Assembly (NCBI RefSeq): GCF_009914755.1
Contig: NC_060931.1
DNA length: 64,000 nt
Reading direction: 5' to 3' (one strand)
DNA from: the human T2T-CHM13v2.0 reference genome, Homo sapiens
Position numbers and translations under genes: made by a program. This document shows, piece after piece, positions 1 through 13,391 of the stretch; position 1 is the stretch's first letter; the number at the start of each line of letters is the position of its first letter. A model generated the notes under the pieces. It was not told the DNA's origin, did not search any database, and saw nothing but the letters and a program-made list of their open reading frames with translations.

Positions 1-379
1 TTTACAGTAAATTTAGGAGAAAATGAAAGGTTTCAATATACCAGGGTCTCTTGGGTTTCTTTATGTTGTTCTGGAATCCTGAAAAGATGGAAGTAGGCAT
101 AGATCTTTGATTCTTCTCACACCTCTCTGTTGGGCCACCCTGATGGGATGGAATCCTGCTTGTTATCAGTGGAACAGGAAGCCCAGCAGTCTCCCAGTTG
201 TCATTAGCACAACTGACTGCCCTGAGGAATGATATGTGGCTTTGACCTTCATGCTGAATTGTCACCCCGACTTTTTATTCTTCTGTGTTGTTCACTGGAT
301 CAGACAGATGCTGAGGGTTTTAGTTCCAGGATAATACCTCTTCTCCAAACATGACCCACAGTGGATATTTCAAGGTTCA

Positions 380-520
380 TAGAATGTTGAGCTTCAATGG
401 AGGCCATTGTCCTCCTATTAGGGAAGAGGAAATTGAGACTCACAGAACTGGAGTTACTTGCTCAAGACAGATTTAGTAACAGCAAGGACGGGAGCTCAGT
501 TCCCAGAATTGAGTATGGGC
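380..520 (-). mobile_element. MIR SINE fragment
   Basis: 'gaggaaattgagactcacagaa...gttacttgctcaag' is the reverse complement of the MIR core. Confidence 0.55.
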
Positions 521-1589
521 CCTCCGTCCTTCGCTTCATTCAAAATTTCTCTCATTCTCTCTCTCCAATTCTTTCCATTCTTTTTCCCCCACTCTCTCTT
601 CTTCCATTTTGTTTCTGCTATATGAGAACACTTTTACAATATAGAAGACACAGCAATCTTTATATCATGAAAGTCCTAACAATTGTCTCTTCAAAGACCA
701 CAATGTATTATTAAAGGGCATGAAAAGATAGACTTTATTTTTTGAAGATTTTATTCACTATTAACTTTCCCTAGATCAGAGAGATGAGTCTTGACAGTTT
801 TGCTTTGAGACTGCTCAGTTAGTGATAGTAGGTCATTCTCTTTCTTGGCTCATTTTTGATAGCTGGACGCTTGTAAGGGCAACTCATTGTCTTGCTCTCA
901 GCTCAGCCTGGTCATTAGTGTCATTTAATGTCACTTCACTCTGCTGAAAATCATACTCTAGCTGCAGTAATTATTTTTCTTTTTAATTTAAAAATATTTC
1001 AAGCATACAACTAAGAACAGGAGAAAGAGAAAAGATACCCACATTATCCACCATCCAGATTTAGTGCACATTAACATTTTGCCATAACTTCTTCAGATAT
1101 TTTATCTTAAACGTTGCAAAATACATTAGAAGTTTCCTCAATCCTTCAGTCTCCTCAAGGATGAGCATTGTTTTAAAGTTAATGTATGCCCGTTTCTTTA
1201 TATTATGTCTCCATAAAAAATGTGTTTTTAACAACTTACATATATAAAATCATTGTGTATGTATTCTTTTGCAGATTTCCTTTTTTTAAACTCAACATTA
1301 GTTTCTATAGATATATCTATACTTATATAGTAATTTATTTTTATTGATCTGTACATTATTCATTTGGACTGCCATGCATGATACCATTTAGTAAAAAATG
1401 CCATAATTTATCTTTTACTATTGATAGACATTGAAGTTGTATTCAGTTTTTTCTGATATTATAAACTACACTGCAGTGAACATCCTTGTATGCACTTTTT
1501 TAGTGCACTTATGTGGGAGCTACTCTAGGGCACCCATCTAAGAATAGAAATTTTGGTTCGTACGGTATGTTTAATTTTGCTACTACTTC

Positions 1590-2100
1590 TAGCGCTCTGC
1601 CTTCTAAGCACATGGTAGAATTATACTCTTCCAATCCCCTTGAAGTTAGGCGTAGCCATTTGATTTGTTTTGGGCAATGAAATATGAGCACAGCCTTCAG
1701 AGGCAGGGAGGAATTTACCACATTCCTTCTTTGCCTCTGCCTCAGTGAACTTTAACGATCCATACGATGACTTCATCAAATGGGGTCTCAGTGAGGATGA
1801 GATGGAGTAAAGTCTCCAGTTGACTTGCAATAAATATTAGGCATGAGCTATAAATAAATTATTGAGGTTTTATGTCAGGGGTTGGCAAACTATAGCCTAC
1901 TGGCCAAATCTGGTCCATTACCTGTTTGTTTATATATCATTTAGGCAGAATTGAGTAGTTGAGACAGAAACCATGTAGCCTATAAAGTTGAAAATACCTA
2001 CTATTTAGCCCTTTGATGAAAAACTTTGCTGACCGTTGTTTCAAACCGCTGAGATCCAGGGGACATTATGCAGTATAACATAACAAATCCTGACTAATAT
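1590..2100 (+). mobile_element. MLT1 (MaLR, MLT1I/J-like) LTR, split by MER58A
   Basis: 'ccccttgaagttaggcgtagccatttgatttgttttgggcaatgaaat' and terminal 'cctgactaata'. Confidence 0.6.
1876..2038 (+). mobile_element. MER58A hAT-Charlie MITE
   Basis: Terminal inverted repeats 'caggggttggcaaact' ... 'tttgctgaccgttg'. Confidence 0.8.
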
Positions 2101-4477
2101 GCCCACCACCATATGGTATTGTCTGGCTGTAAGCTTTTGGCCAATCTGATAGATGTCTTAAAGTATCTTTTATCAGGGAAGCAAATCATTCTGTTTTTAA
2201 AACCATAGATACATCTTGTTGGCCCTTAGGGACCTAATGCCTCGTTCTTTATAAAGTTTTTTTGAACAGCTTTTTTTGAGGTATAATCGTATAGCATACA
2301 ATTCTTTCTTTATAGGTATATAATTTCATATTTTTTAGTAAATTTAAAGAGCAATGCAACCATCACGGTATTCACTTTTAGAGCAAATCCCATCAATTTT
2401 AGAGCAATCTCCAAAAGTTCTTTCATCCTCACTTGCTGATAATCCTCATCCCCACCCTCAGCCCCAGGCAACCACTAATCTGCTTTCTGTTTCTATATAT
2501 TCACCATTTCAATACATTTTATATAAGTGGAACCATACAATCTGTAGTTTTTCAAATCTGATTCATGGTTTTGAGCATGATGGTTTTGAGATTCATCAAT
2601 GTTTTAGCACCAATCAGTTCCTTTTTATTGATGAATAGTATTTGATTATATGAATAATTCCACATTTTGTTTATCCATTCAGAAGTTGTTGAAAATTTGA
2701 ATTGTTTCTACTTATTGGTTATTATGAATAATGCAGGTATAAATATTTGTATACATGCCTTTACAGAGGCATATGTTTTTATTTCTCTTGGATAAATTTC
2801 TAGAAGTGAAATTAATGAATTACATTTCCCTTTTTAAAGAAACTGCCACACTGTTTTCCCAAATAGCTGTTTCATTTAACATTCCCATTAGCAGTATATG
2901 AAGGTTTCATTTCTCCACATCCCCACCAACACTTAGTGTTGTCAGTCTTTTTGATTATAGCCATTCTAGTGGATCAACAGTGGCATCTCATTGTGGTTTT
3001 AATGATGACTTCTCTAACGACTAATGATATTGAGCAACTTTTCATTCATATATCTCATTTGTAAAATATATATTCAAATCTGCTCATTTTAATTTTGGGT
3101 TGTATTTTTATATTGAGTTGTTTTATATACTAGGTACAAATCCTTTACTGTATGTATAATTTGCAAATATTTTCTAGTCTTTGTTTTGGCTTTTCATTTT
3201 CTTATTTAAGTATTTTGATGCAAAATACTTTAATTTTTATTAAGTCCAGTTTATAAATTTTCTCTTTTGTAGATCATGATTTTGTTGCTGTTTTCTAAGA
3301 ACTTTTTGTTTCTCATGAACCTAAGGTCGTGACAGTTTTCTTCTAAAAAACATATAGTTTTTCTTTTACGTTGAGGTCTTCTACATTTCGTGAGTCTTCT
3401 TTTTCTTCCCTTCTTCCCTCTCTTCTTCTTCTCTCTTCTCTACTTTCTTCTTCCTTTTCCCTTCTATCACCTCATGGCAGATAACATCAGTGCTGCATAT
3501 GTTTCAATGAACACCTCTGTGTTCTGAGCCTGAATCACTTTCATTGTCACAAATATAAAAGTTAAATCAATTTTTGAGTTGATTTTGGTGTATAGTAAGC
3601 CTAGTGTCTCTTGTCTCATTCCTTTTGGGGTGACTAATGGTGGGAAGAATTATTAGAGATGAAAAACTGGTAGCTTGTTGAGTTTGGTGAAAAGAGAAGC
3701 CAGAGAACATATTTTTCATTAAGAACAACTTTTTAAATAGGAAAATGTGAAATTTTGAAAGTATGAAAATATCTTCCTTCTGTGAAAAACCCATTTTGAA
3801 ACATTATCAATGTTTGCATTGTAAGCAAGTAATAATGAGAGCTACTTTTGCTCTTATGTGCATAAAGTTGTGGATATTTGAAAAGAAAAGAATTGGAGCT
3901 TATGAAACCTTATCTTTCCTTCTGGTTTTACAGACTTCAAGAGAGTTATGCAAGTCCAGAGAGACTTAAGTTTTCTTCAAAGATTTCAGGACGTAACTCA
4001 ACTCAGCAAGGAACACTTTCATAATTCTTTCATAAAATGAGGGGAATGTGGATGTCTTTGAGTAGGACTAACACGGCTCTCTGTAGAGATTTAATTGTGC
4101 ACACAGAGATAAGCCTTTTCTTCTTTCTAGCTGCAGCAACTTGGGAGCAGGGTGGGAAGTTACACTGCACTTATTTAGCTGCAGAATTATGCAGTTTTGT
4201 AGCAGTATTTCTAACCCAAGGGGACAGGCATCAGGGTTACAATAAAAGCAGCAACATCAAAGAATATCTTCATAATCTCTACCTATCAGTCAAATGTTGC
4301 ATCTCCCATGGTCTGTATGTTGTGTCCCTCCTGGGAAGAGTCTCAGATGCTGTCCCTGTTGTTCATGCTATGGCTCTTGACTGTGTCCACTGCTGCTCGG
4401 CAAGCCAGGCCAGGCAGATTTCATTGTCAGATGTTATCTCCCAGGTTCCTCCACTCTCTGCCCACAGCATCTGTAGG

Positions 4478-4680
4478 CCTTGGAGTTAAATAGCCTTGGT
4501 TTGAATCTTGGCTTTGCTGGTGGCTCTGTGTCCATGAGCAAATCCTTTGCACTCTTTGATCCTCAGTTTCCTCACCTGTGTAAGTAAGAAAACAACATCT
4601 AACTTTTAGGATTGCTGTGTGAATTAAAGACAATATAAAGCACCTAACACAGTGCCTAACTCATCATAACACTTCTCAAC
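4478..4680 (+). mobile_element. MIR SINE
   Basis: 'ggtttgaatcttggc...cctcagtttcctcacctgt...aggattgctgtgtgaattaaa...gcacctaacacagtgcct'. Confidence 0.8.
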
Positions 4681-5399
4681 ATCTAAAAATGCCTTGCTGA
4701 GTATGCACTATAAATGGTAGCCATACAAAACTTGTTGTGATAGTAGTGCTGGTAGGTCTTCTCTTTCTCCACTTCTTCCCTCTCCTCTTCTTCTCTCTGC
4801 TCTCTTTTCTTCTTCTTTCTCCTTTCTATCACATCATGGCGGATGACATTAGTGCTGCAGGTGTTTCAATGAACACCTATGTGTTCTGAGCCAGAATCAC
4901 TTTCATTGTCACAAAACTCCTCTCCTCTGTGGCTAGCCATCATTGTCATCCGTCCTTACCATCTCCCCTGTCAAACCAAATAGACTTGGTTTGAATCCTA
5001 AAGATGGGGCTATATGTGCCAGACCTAGCAATACCTTTCATTTCAGGGTAGTGTGAGCTGAAATGTTGCTAGTGTTGTACGGGGTAAGCCTTTTAGAGCA
5101 AAATGTGGGGGCAGGGGACCTTTTCTGCAGCCCAAGTTACTGAGCTGAAATGCAAAGCTTTGAGGGGCTGCTTGATCTGGGGAAACTCAGACACCTTTTC
5201 AAAATGGTCATCTGGCTGCAGTTTTCCCCTCTGCCTCTTTCACCCCCCTGAAGCTGGAGGGACATTTTTACATTCCTCCTTGACATGGGGTTGCAGTTCC
5301 TTCCCTACTTCTCCTCACACTTCATTCTGCAACTTGCATTCAGTGCATCAGTTAGTCTCGTGCTCCATTAAAAATGTATGCACTCTGATTCTTTTGACT

Positions 5400-5830
5400 T
5401 GTATTCTTTGCTATTGCCTACAAACCCTAACTCAAGCCACCATTCTCTCTTTTCTGGACAAGTCTTCTTATGCTGTTCCTGCTTCCACTTTTCAACCCCT
5501 GTAATGGATGCTACATTTTGAAGCCAGAGAGGTCTTAAAATATAAGTCAAATCATGCGTTATCCTACGTAAAACCCTCTAATTGCTTCTCTTAGCTCTTA
5601 GCACAAAATCCAAACACTTTATCATGCTTTTACAAAGTCCTATATATCCTAGCCCCACTAATGTTTCTGTCATTATCCACTAATTTCCTTTGCTGTGCTC
5701 CAGCCACACTGAATGTCTTTCTGTTTGTTAACCTAGTCAAATTAATATACTCAGCAGACTCTATATATCCTTTGCCATCTCCTTTGCCTAGAATCCTTTT
5801 ATCCTATATTCCCCCCATGACTATCTTTTT
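5400..5830 (+). mobile_element. L2 LINE, left part (continues at 14503)
   Basis: L2 3'-region motifs 'gctccagccacactg' and 'tgcctagaatcc'; ends at the TSD actatcttttt (5820-5830). Confidence 0.7.
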
Positions 5831-5860
5831 AAAAAAATAAAAAAATTTTTTTGTGGATAC
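5831..5860 (-). mobile_element. L1MA extreme 3' end and tail (left piece; rest at ~13392-14491)
   Basis: 'ttttttgtggatac' matches the antisense L1MA 3' terminus TTTTTGTGGGTAC(ATAGTAGGTG)TATATATTTATGGGGTACATGAG, whose continuation lies after the provirus. Confidence 0.7.
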
Positions 5861-6264
5861 TGTGATGGTTAATACTGAGGGTTAACTTGATTGGATTGAA
5901 GGATACAAAGTATTAATCCTGGGTGTGTCTGTTTGGGTGTTACCAAAAGAGATTAACATTTGAGTCAGTGGGCTGGGGAAGGCAGATCCACCCTTGATCT
6001 GGTGGGTACAATCTCATCAGCTTCCAGTGAATTAAAAGGAGGCAGAAAATTGTGAAAAAGGAGAGACAGGCCTAGCCTTCCAGCCTACATCCTTCTCCCA
6101 TGCTGGATGCTTCCTGCCTTCAAACATCGGACTCCAAGTTCTTCAGTTTTGGCACTCAGAGTGGCTCTCCTTGTGCCTCAGCTTGTAGACAGCCTGTTGT
6201 GGGACCTTGTGATAATATAAGTTAATAAATTCTCTGTCCCTCTAAGAGAACCCTGACTAATACA
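5861..6264 (+). mobile_element. HERV-L 5' LTR (MLT2A1/A2)
   Basis: Starts tgtgatggttaatactgag and ends gaaccctgactaataca; roughly 88% identical by eye to the LTR at 12984. Confidence 0.95.
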
Positions 6265-6269
6265 GATTT

Positions 6270-6287
6270 TAGTACCAGGAGTGGTTC
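6270..6287 (+). other. Primer binding site, tRNA-Leu type (TGG mutated to TAG)
   Basis: 'tagtaccaggagtggttc' lies 5 nt after the LTR and is complementary to the 3' end of tRNA-Leu(TAA) (...CCACTCCTGGTACCA). Confidence 0.75.
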
Positions 6288-7991
6288 TAGAGAGACAGAA
6301 TATTAAGGGTGGAGTTTTTTTTGTTTGTTTTGGGGCTTCTGGAGTTGTCTACTTAATATGATTCAACCCAAAATTGCTAAGGACTCTACTTCTAATAGTA
6401 TGGAGAACACTGATAGTTCTTGGCATGAACTGTTTAGAGAGTTAGGCAAAATAAATGCATTTGATACTCCTGATTCACCACTCATGATAGGCAAGGAGTT
6501 TAGTGACTCTATACATAATACCTTTGACCATATGTGGAGAACCAAGGAACATAATGAAGCTGGTTGGTTTCTCCTAAGTTCAGTGGATAAAGTGATGACA
6601 GAAAATGATGAATTCAGGGATTCTATCTCCAGGCTTCAGAAGCAGATACTGAGTCTCAAATCTGCTAAGATTGCCCTGAGTGAGAGTCTTATCTCCTGTA
6701 GAGAAACAGCTGAAATTGAGGAAAAACAGACACAAGCTCTTATCATGGGAATGGCTGACCTGCAAGGAAAGATGCATGCCCAGCCTTGCCAGGTGTCTAT
6801 TGTTAAAGTGAGGGCTTTGATTGGAAAAGAATGAGACCCTGAAACTTGGAATAAGGACATGTGGGAGGACCCTGATGAAGCTGGGGACACTGAGCTTGTA
6901 AGATCTGATGAACCTTTTTTGCCAGAAGGAGCAGCTTCCCCACCCCCAGTAGTGGCAACATCGCCTCCCCAACTCATGCTGTCATCAGCCTTTCCACCTT
7001 TGTCTGAGGAGATAAACCCTGCACTGCCTGAGGCAACAGTAATGGTCTCCCCTGAGGCAGTTTCCAGGCAAAATAATGTTGATTCTCCTCAGGAGCCACC
7101 CCCAATACCCCTGTTTGCTTTTAGACCTATAACTAAAGCACTGGTGGGTCCCTGGAGGTGAGCTTGAGAGTGTGACCCATGAGGAGGTGCACTACACTCG
7201 AAAAGAACTTTTTGAGTTCTCTAATTTATATAAACACCGATCTGGAGAACAGGCATGGGAATGGATATTAAGGTATGGGAATAATGGTGGAAGGGACATA
7301 GAATTGGATCAGGCTGAATTTATTGATTTGGGCCCACTGAGTAGGGACTCTGCTTTTAATGTTGTAGCTCAGGGAGTTAAAAAAGGTTCTAATACTTTAT
7401 TTGCTTGGTTAGCTGAAATATGGATTAAAAGGTGCCCCACTGTGAGTGAGCTGGAAATGCCTGACCTCCCTTAGTTTAATGTAGAGGAATGGATCCAAAG
7501 GCTTAGAGAGGTTAGGATGGTGGAGTGGATTAGTCACTTTAAAACTACACATCCCAGCTGGGAAGGTCCAGAAGATATACCATTGACCAATGCCTTATGA
7601 AATAAATTTGTAAAGGCAACACCTGCATCTTTGAAGAGCCTTGTAATTGCTCTTCTCTGTATATGTCAGATCTAACAGTGGGAACTGCAGTCACTCAACT
7701 ACAAAATTTAAATACGATGGGACTAATTAGATCCCAAGGTGGCAGGGGCCAAGTGGCAGCACTCAACCATCAAAGGCAAGGTGGACATAGCAACCATAAT
7801 GGACAGCAGAAGCAAAGCTGCAATCAGAATAGTCTGACTTGTGTATACAGAGCCCTGGCATTGGCTAATTAATTGCAGTGTTCCTAGAAGTGATATTGAC
7901 AGAAAACCTACCGCAATCCTACTTAATTATACAAATAGAAAACCCCTAGGTCAAATGGACAAGAGACTAATTTGAATGATAAAAACAGAAT

Positions 7992-9050
<1,059 letters not shown>

Positions 9051-9142
9051 ACAACAGAGAATTATGGCCCCTTAATCAATTTCCAGACTTGAGCCAGTTT
9101 ACAGACCCAGACCCCCTTGAATGAAGGGGCAGCTGAGTCCCA

Positions 9143-9466
9143 TTGAAGAAGGACCCCATTACATTACCCACAATTTATGCAGTGAATCTTTCTTCCATCC
9201 TTCCCCAAGGAGACCTCTGGCCTTTTACCAGAGTAAGTGTGCACTGGGGAAAGGGAAATGATCAGACATTCTGGGGGCTACTGGACACTGGCTCTCAGAT
9301 GACATTGATTCCAGGGGACCCAAAAAGTCATTGTGGTCCTCCAGTTAAAGTAGAGGCTTATGGAGGTCAAGTAATTAATGGAATTTTAGCTCAGATCCGA
9401 CTTATAGTGGGTCCAGTGGGTCCCTGGACTCATCCTGTGGTCATTTCCCGATACCAGAATGCGTAA
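9143..9466 (+). pseudogene. pro: HERV-L aspartic protease remnant
   Basis: LLDTGS catalytic motif in ORF 9143-9466. Confidence 0.9.
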
Positions 9467-9599
9467 TAGGCATAGACATACTTAGAAGCTGACAGAACCC
9501 CCATATTGGCTCCCTGACTGGTAGGGTGAGGGCTAGTATGGTGGGAAAGGCCAAATAGAAGCCATTAGGGTTACCTCTGCCTGGAAAATAGTAAATCAA

Positions 9600-12170
9600 A
9601 AACAATATCGCACCCCTGGAGGAATTGCAGAGATTAGTGCCACCATCAAGGACTTGAAAGATGCAGGGGTGGTGATTCCCACCACATCCCCTTTCAAATC
9701 TCCCATTTGGCCTGTGCAGAAAATGGATGGATCTTGAAGAATGACAGCATCTTATTGTAAGCTTAACCAAGTGGTGACTCCAAACGCAGCTGCTGTACCA
9801 GATGTGGTTTCATTGCTTGAGCAAATTGACACTGGTACCTGGTACATAGCTATTGACTTGGCAAATGCCTTTTTCTCCCTTCCTGTCCATAAGACCCACC
9901 AGAAGCAATTTGACTTCAACTGGCAAAGCCAGCAATATACCTTTACTGTCCTACCTCAGGGGTATTTCAACTCTCTGGCTTTGTGTCATAATCTTATTTG
10001 GAGAGAACTTCATTGCATTTTGCTTCCACCAAATATCAAACTGGTCCGTTACACTGATGATGTTATGCTAATTGGATCCAGTGTGCAAGCAGTAGCAAAC
10101 ACACTGGAGTTATTGGTGAGACATTTGTGTGCCAGAGGATGGGAAACAAATCTGACTAAAATTCAGGGATCTTCTACCTCAGTAAAATTTCTAGGGGTCC
10201 AGTGATGTGGGGCCTGTTGAGATATTCCTTCTAAGGTAAAGGATAAATTGCTGCATTAGGCCCCTCCTACAAGCAAGAAAGAGGCACAGTGCCTAGTGGG
10301 CATATTTGGATTTTGGAGGCAACACATTCCTCATTTGGGTGTGTTACTCCAGCCCATTTATCGAGTGACCCAAAAGACTGCCTGTTTTGAACGCAGTTTA
10401 GAAAAGGAGAAGGCTCTGCAACAGGTCCAGGCTGCTGTGCAAGCTGCTCTGCCACTTGGGCTGTGTGACTCAGCAGATCCAGTGGTGCTTGAGGTGTCAG
10501 TGGCAGACAGGATGTTGTTTGGAGTCTTTGGCAGGCCCCCATAGGTGAATCACAGTGGAGGCCCCTTGTATTTTAAAGCAAGGTCCTGCCATCTTCTGCA
10601 GAAAACTACTCTCCTTTTGAGAGACAGATCTTGGCCTGTTACTGGGCTTTGGTGGAAACCGAACATTTGACTATGGGTCATCAAGTCACCATGTGACCTG
10701 AACTGCCTATCATGAACTGGGTGCTTTCTGACCCATCTAGCATAAAGTGGATCATGCACAGCAGCATTTCATCATCAAATGGAAGTGGTATACATGTGAT
10801 CAGGCTCGAGCAGGTCCTGAAGGCATAAGTAAGTTACATGAGGAAGTGGCTCAAATGCCCATGGTCTCCACTCCTGCCACCCTGCCTTCTGTTCCCCAGC
10901 CTGCATTGATGGTCTCATGGGGGAGTTCCCTATAATCAGCTGACAGAGGAAGAGAAGACTGGGGTCTGGTTCACATATGGTTCTGCACGATGTGCAGGCA
11001 CCACTCGAAAGTGGACAGCTGCAGCACTATAGCCCCTTTCTAGGACATCCCTGAAGGACAGCAGTGAAGGGAAATCTTCCCAGCAGGCAGAACTTCGAGC
11101 AGTTTGCCTGGTTGTATACTTTGCATGGAAGCAGAAATGGCCAGATATGCAATTATATACTGATTCATGGGCTGTAGCCAATGTTTTGGCTGGATGGTCA
11201 GGGACTTGGAAGAAGCATGGTTGGAAAATTGGTGACAAAGAAATTTTGGGAAGAAGTATATGGATGGACCTCTCTGAGTGGTCAAAAACTGTGAAGATAT
11301 TTGTAACCCATGTGAGTGCTCACCAGTGGGTGACCTCAGTGGAAGACGAGTTTAATAATCAAGTGGATAGGATGACCCATTCTGTGGACACTCCTCAGCC
11401 TCTTTCCCCAGCCATCCCTGTCATTGCCCAATGGACCCATGAACAAAATGGCCATGGCCATGGTGGCAGGCAGGGATGGAGGTTATGCATGGGCTCAGCA
11501 ACATGGACATCCACTCACCAAGGCTGACCTGGCTATGGCCACTGCTAAGTGCCCAATTTGCCAGCAGCAGAGACCAACACTGAGCCCTTAATATGGCACC
11601 ATTCCTTGGGGTGATCAGCCAGCTACCTGGTGGCAGGTTGATTATATTGGACCTTTTCCATCATGGAAAGGGCAGAGGTTTGTCCTCACTGTAACAGAGC
11701 ACTTGCACTGGATATGGGTTTTCCTATCCTGCATGCAATGCTTCTGCCAAGACTACCATCCGTGGACTCACAGAATGCCTTATCCGCCATCATGATATTC
11801 CACACAGCATTGCATTTGACCAAGGCACTCACTTCATGGCTAAAGAAGTAGAGCAGTGGGCTCATGCTCATGGAATTTGCTGGTCTTACCGTGTTCCCCT
11901 ATCATCCTGAAGCAGCTGCACTGATAGAACAGCAGAATGGCCTTTTGAAGTCGCAATTACAATGCCAACTAGGTGACAATACTTTGCAGGGCTGGGGCAA
12001 AGTTCTCCAGAAGGCCATATGTGCTCTGAATCAGCATCCAATATATGGTATTGTTTCTCCTATAGGCAGGATTCCTGGGTCCAGGAATCAAGGGGTGGAA
12101 GTGGAAATAGTACCACTCACCATCACCCCTAGTGATCCACTAGCAAAATTTGTGCTTCCTGTTCTCACGA
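9600..12170 (+). pseudogene. pol: HERV-L pol remnant (RT, RNase H, integrase), fragmented
   Basis: RT motifs IDLANAFF, LPQG and YTDD (degenerate YxDD) in 9741-10205; RNase H YTDSWAVAN...HVSAH in 11147-11527; integrase PYHPEAAALIE..NGLLK in 11864-12256. Confidence 0.9.
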
Positions 12171-12174
12171 CATC

Positions 12175-12480
12175 ATGTTCTGCTGGCCTAGAGGTCTTAG
12201 TTCCAGATGGAGGAACACTGCCACCAGGAGACACAACAATGATTCCATTAAACTGAAAGTTAAGATTGCCACCTGGATACTTTGACCTCCTCCTACCTTT
12301 AAGTCAACAGGCTAAGAAGGGAGTTACAGTGTTGGCTGGGGTGATTGACCCAGACTATCAAGATGAAATCAGTCTATCACTCCACATGGAGGTAAGGAAG
12401 AGTACACATGGAATTCAGGAGATCCATTAGGGCGTCTCTTAGTATTACCATGCCCCGTGATTAAGATCAATGGGAAACTA
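12175..12480 (+). pseudogene. HERV-L dUTPase remnant
   Basis: SAGLEVLVPDGGTLPPGDTTMIPLN followed by a GVIDPDY-encoding stretch ('ggggtgattgacccagactat'); position after integrase is typical of ERV-L. Confidence 0.8.
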
Positions 12481-12983
12481 CAACAGCCAATCCAGGCAGG
12501 ACTACAAATGACCCAGACCCTTCAGGAATGAAGGTTTTGGTCACTCTGTCAGAAAAAAAGCCATGACTGCTGAGGTGCTTGCTGAAGGCAAAGGGAATAC
12601 AGAATAGGTAGTAGAAGAAGGTAGTCATCAATACTAACTATAACCATGTGACCAGCTGCAGAAATGAGGACTCTGTCATGAGTATTTCTTCCTTCTTTTG
12701 TTAAAAACATGTTTGTGCATGTATACACCTGTACTAAGAAAATATCTTCATTTTATCTCCTTTTCCTTTATCATATGGCATAAGATTTATTGACTTCATA
12801 TCAGCATTTAAGTATTGTTAATTTTATGTAATAGTATTTGGGTTGGGGATTGGTGTGTTTCCGGTTGTACAAAGGATAGTTGTATTATGTTTGGCATAAT
12901 TATGACCTCATTACTGTCTTTATTTAAAGATTATGTATTATCTCAGGAGGTGTGTATGGGTTCAAGTTGACAAGGGGTGGACT

Positions 12984-13391
12984 TGTGATGGTTAATACTG
13001 AGTGTCAACTTGCTTGGATTGAGGGATACAAACTATTGGTCTTGGGTGTATCTGTGTGGGTGTTGCCAAAAGAGATTAACATTTGAGTCAGTGGGTTGAA
13101 AAAGGCAGATCCACCCTTAATCTGGTGGGCACAATCTAATCAGCTTCCAGCGAATATAAAGGAGGCAGAAAAACGTGAAAAAGGAGAGACGGGCCTAACC
13201 TGTCCGCCTGCATCTTTCTCCCATGCTGGATGCTACCTGCCCTCAAACATCGGACTCCAAGTTCTTCAGTTTTGAGACTCGGACTGGCTCTCCTTACTCC
13301 TCAAGCTTGCAGACAGCCTATTGTGGGACCTTGTGATCATGTAAGTTAATACTTAATAAACTGCTATATAGATAATATAATATATATAAAT
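12984..13391 (+). mobile_element. HERV-L 3' LTR (MLT2A1/A2), 3' terminus deleted
   Basis: Homologous to 5861-6264 up to the TA-rich tract; the terminal 'ctgtccctct...gactaataca' is absent. Confidence 0.93.

Larger units (their letters stand above)
985..3600 (-). mobile_element. Old L1M (L1MB/MC/ME-type) 3' fragments, antisense, interrupted by MLT1, MER58A and a templated insertion
   Basis: Antisense L1 3'UTR/ORF2 motifs such as 'ttctccacatccccaccaacacttagtgttgtcagtctttttgattatagccattctagt' and 'catctcattgtggttttaat'; probably two separate L1M copies. Confidence 0.75.

Noticed and set aside
4037-4489. 150-aa ORF in apparently unique DNA
   Set aside because: No recognisable domain, low-information composition and no convincing exon structure; this length is expected by chance in 64 kb.
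5047-5083. AG...GTAAGC 37-nt exon candidate
   Set aside because: Stops in all three frames and only moderate splice signals.
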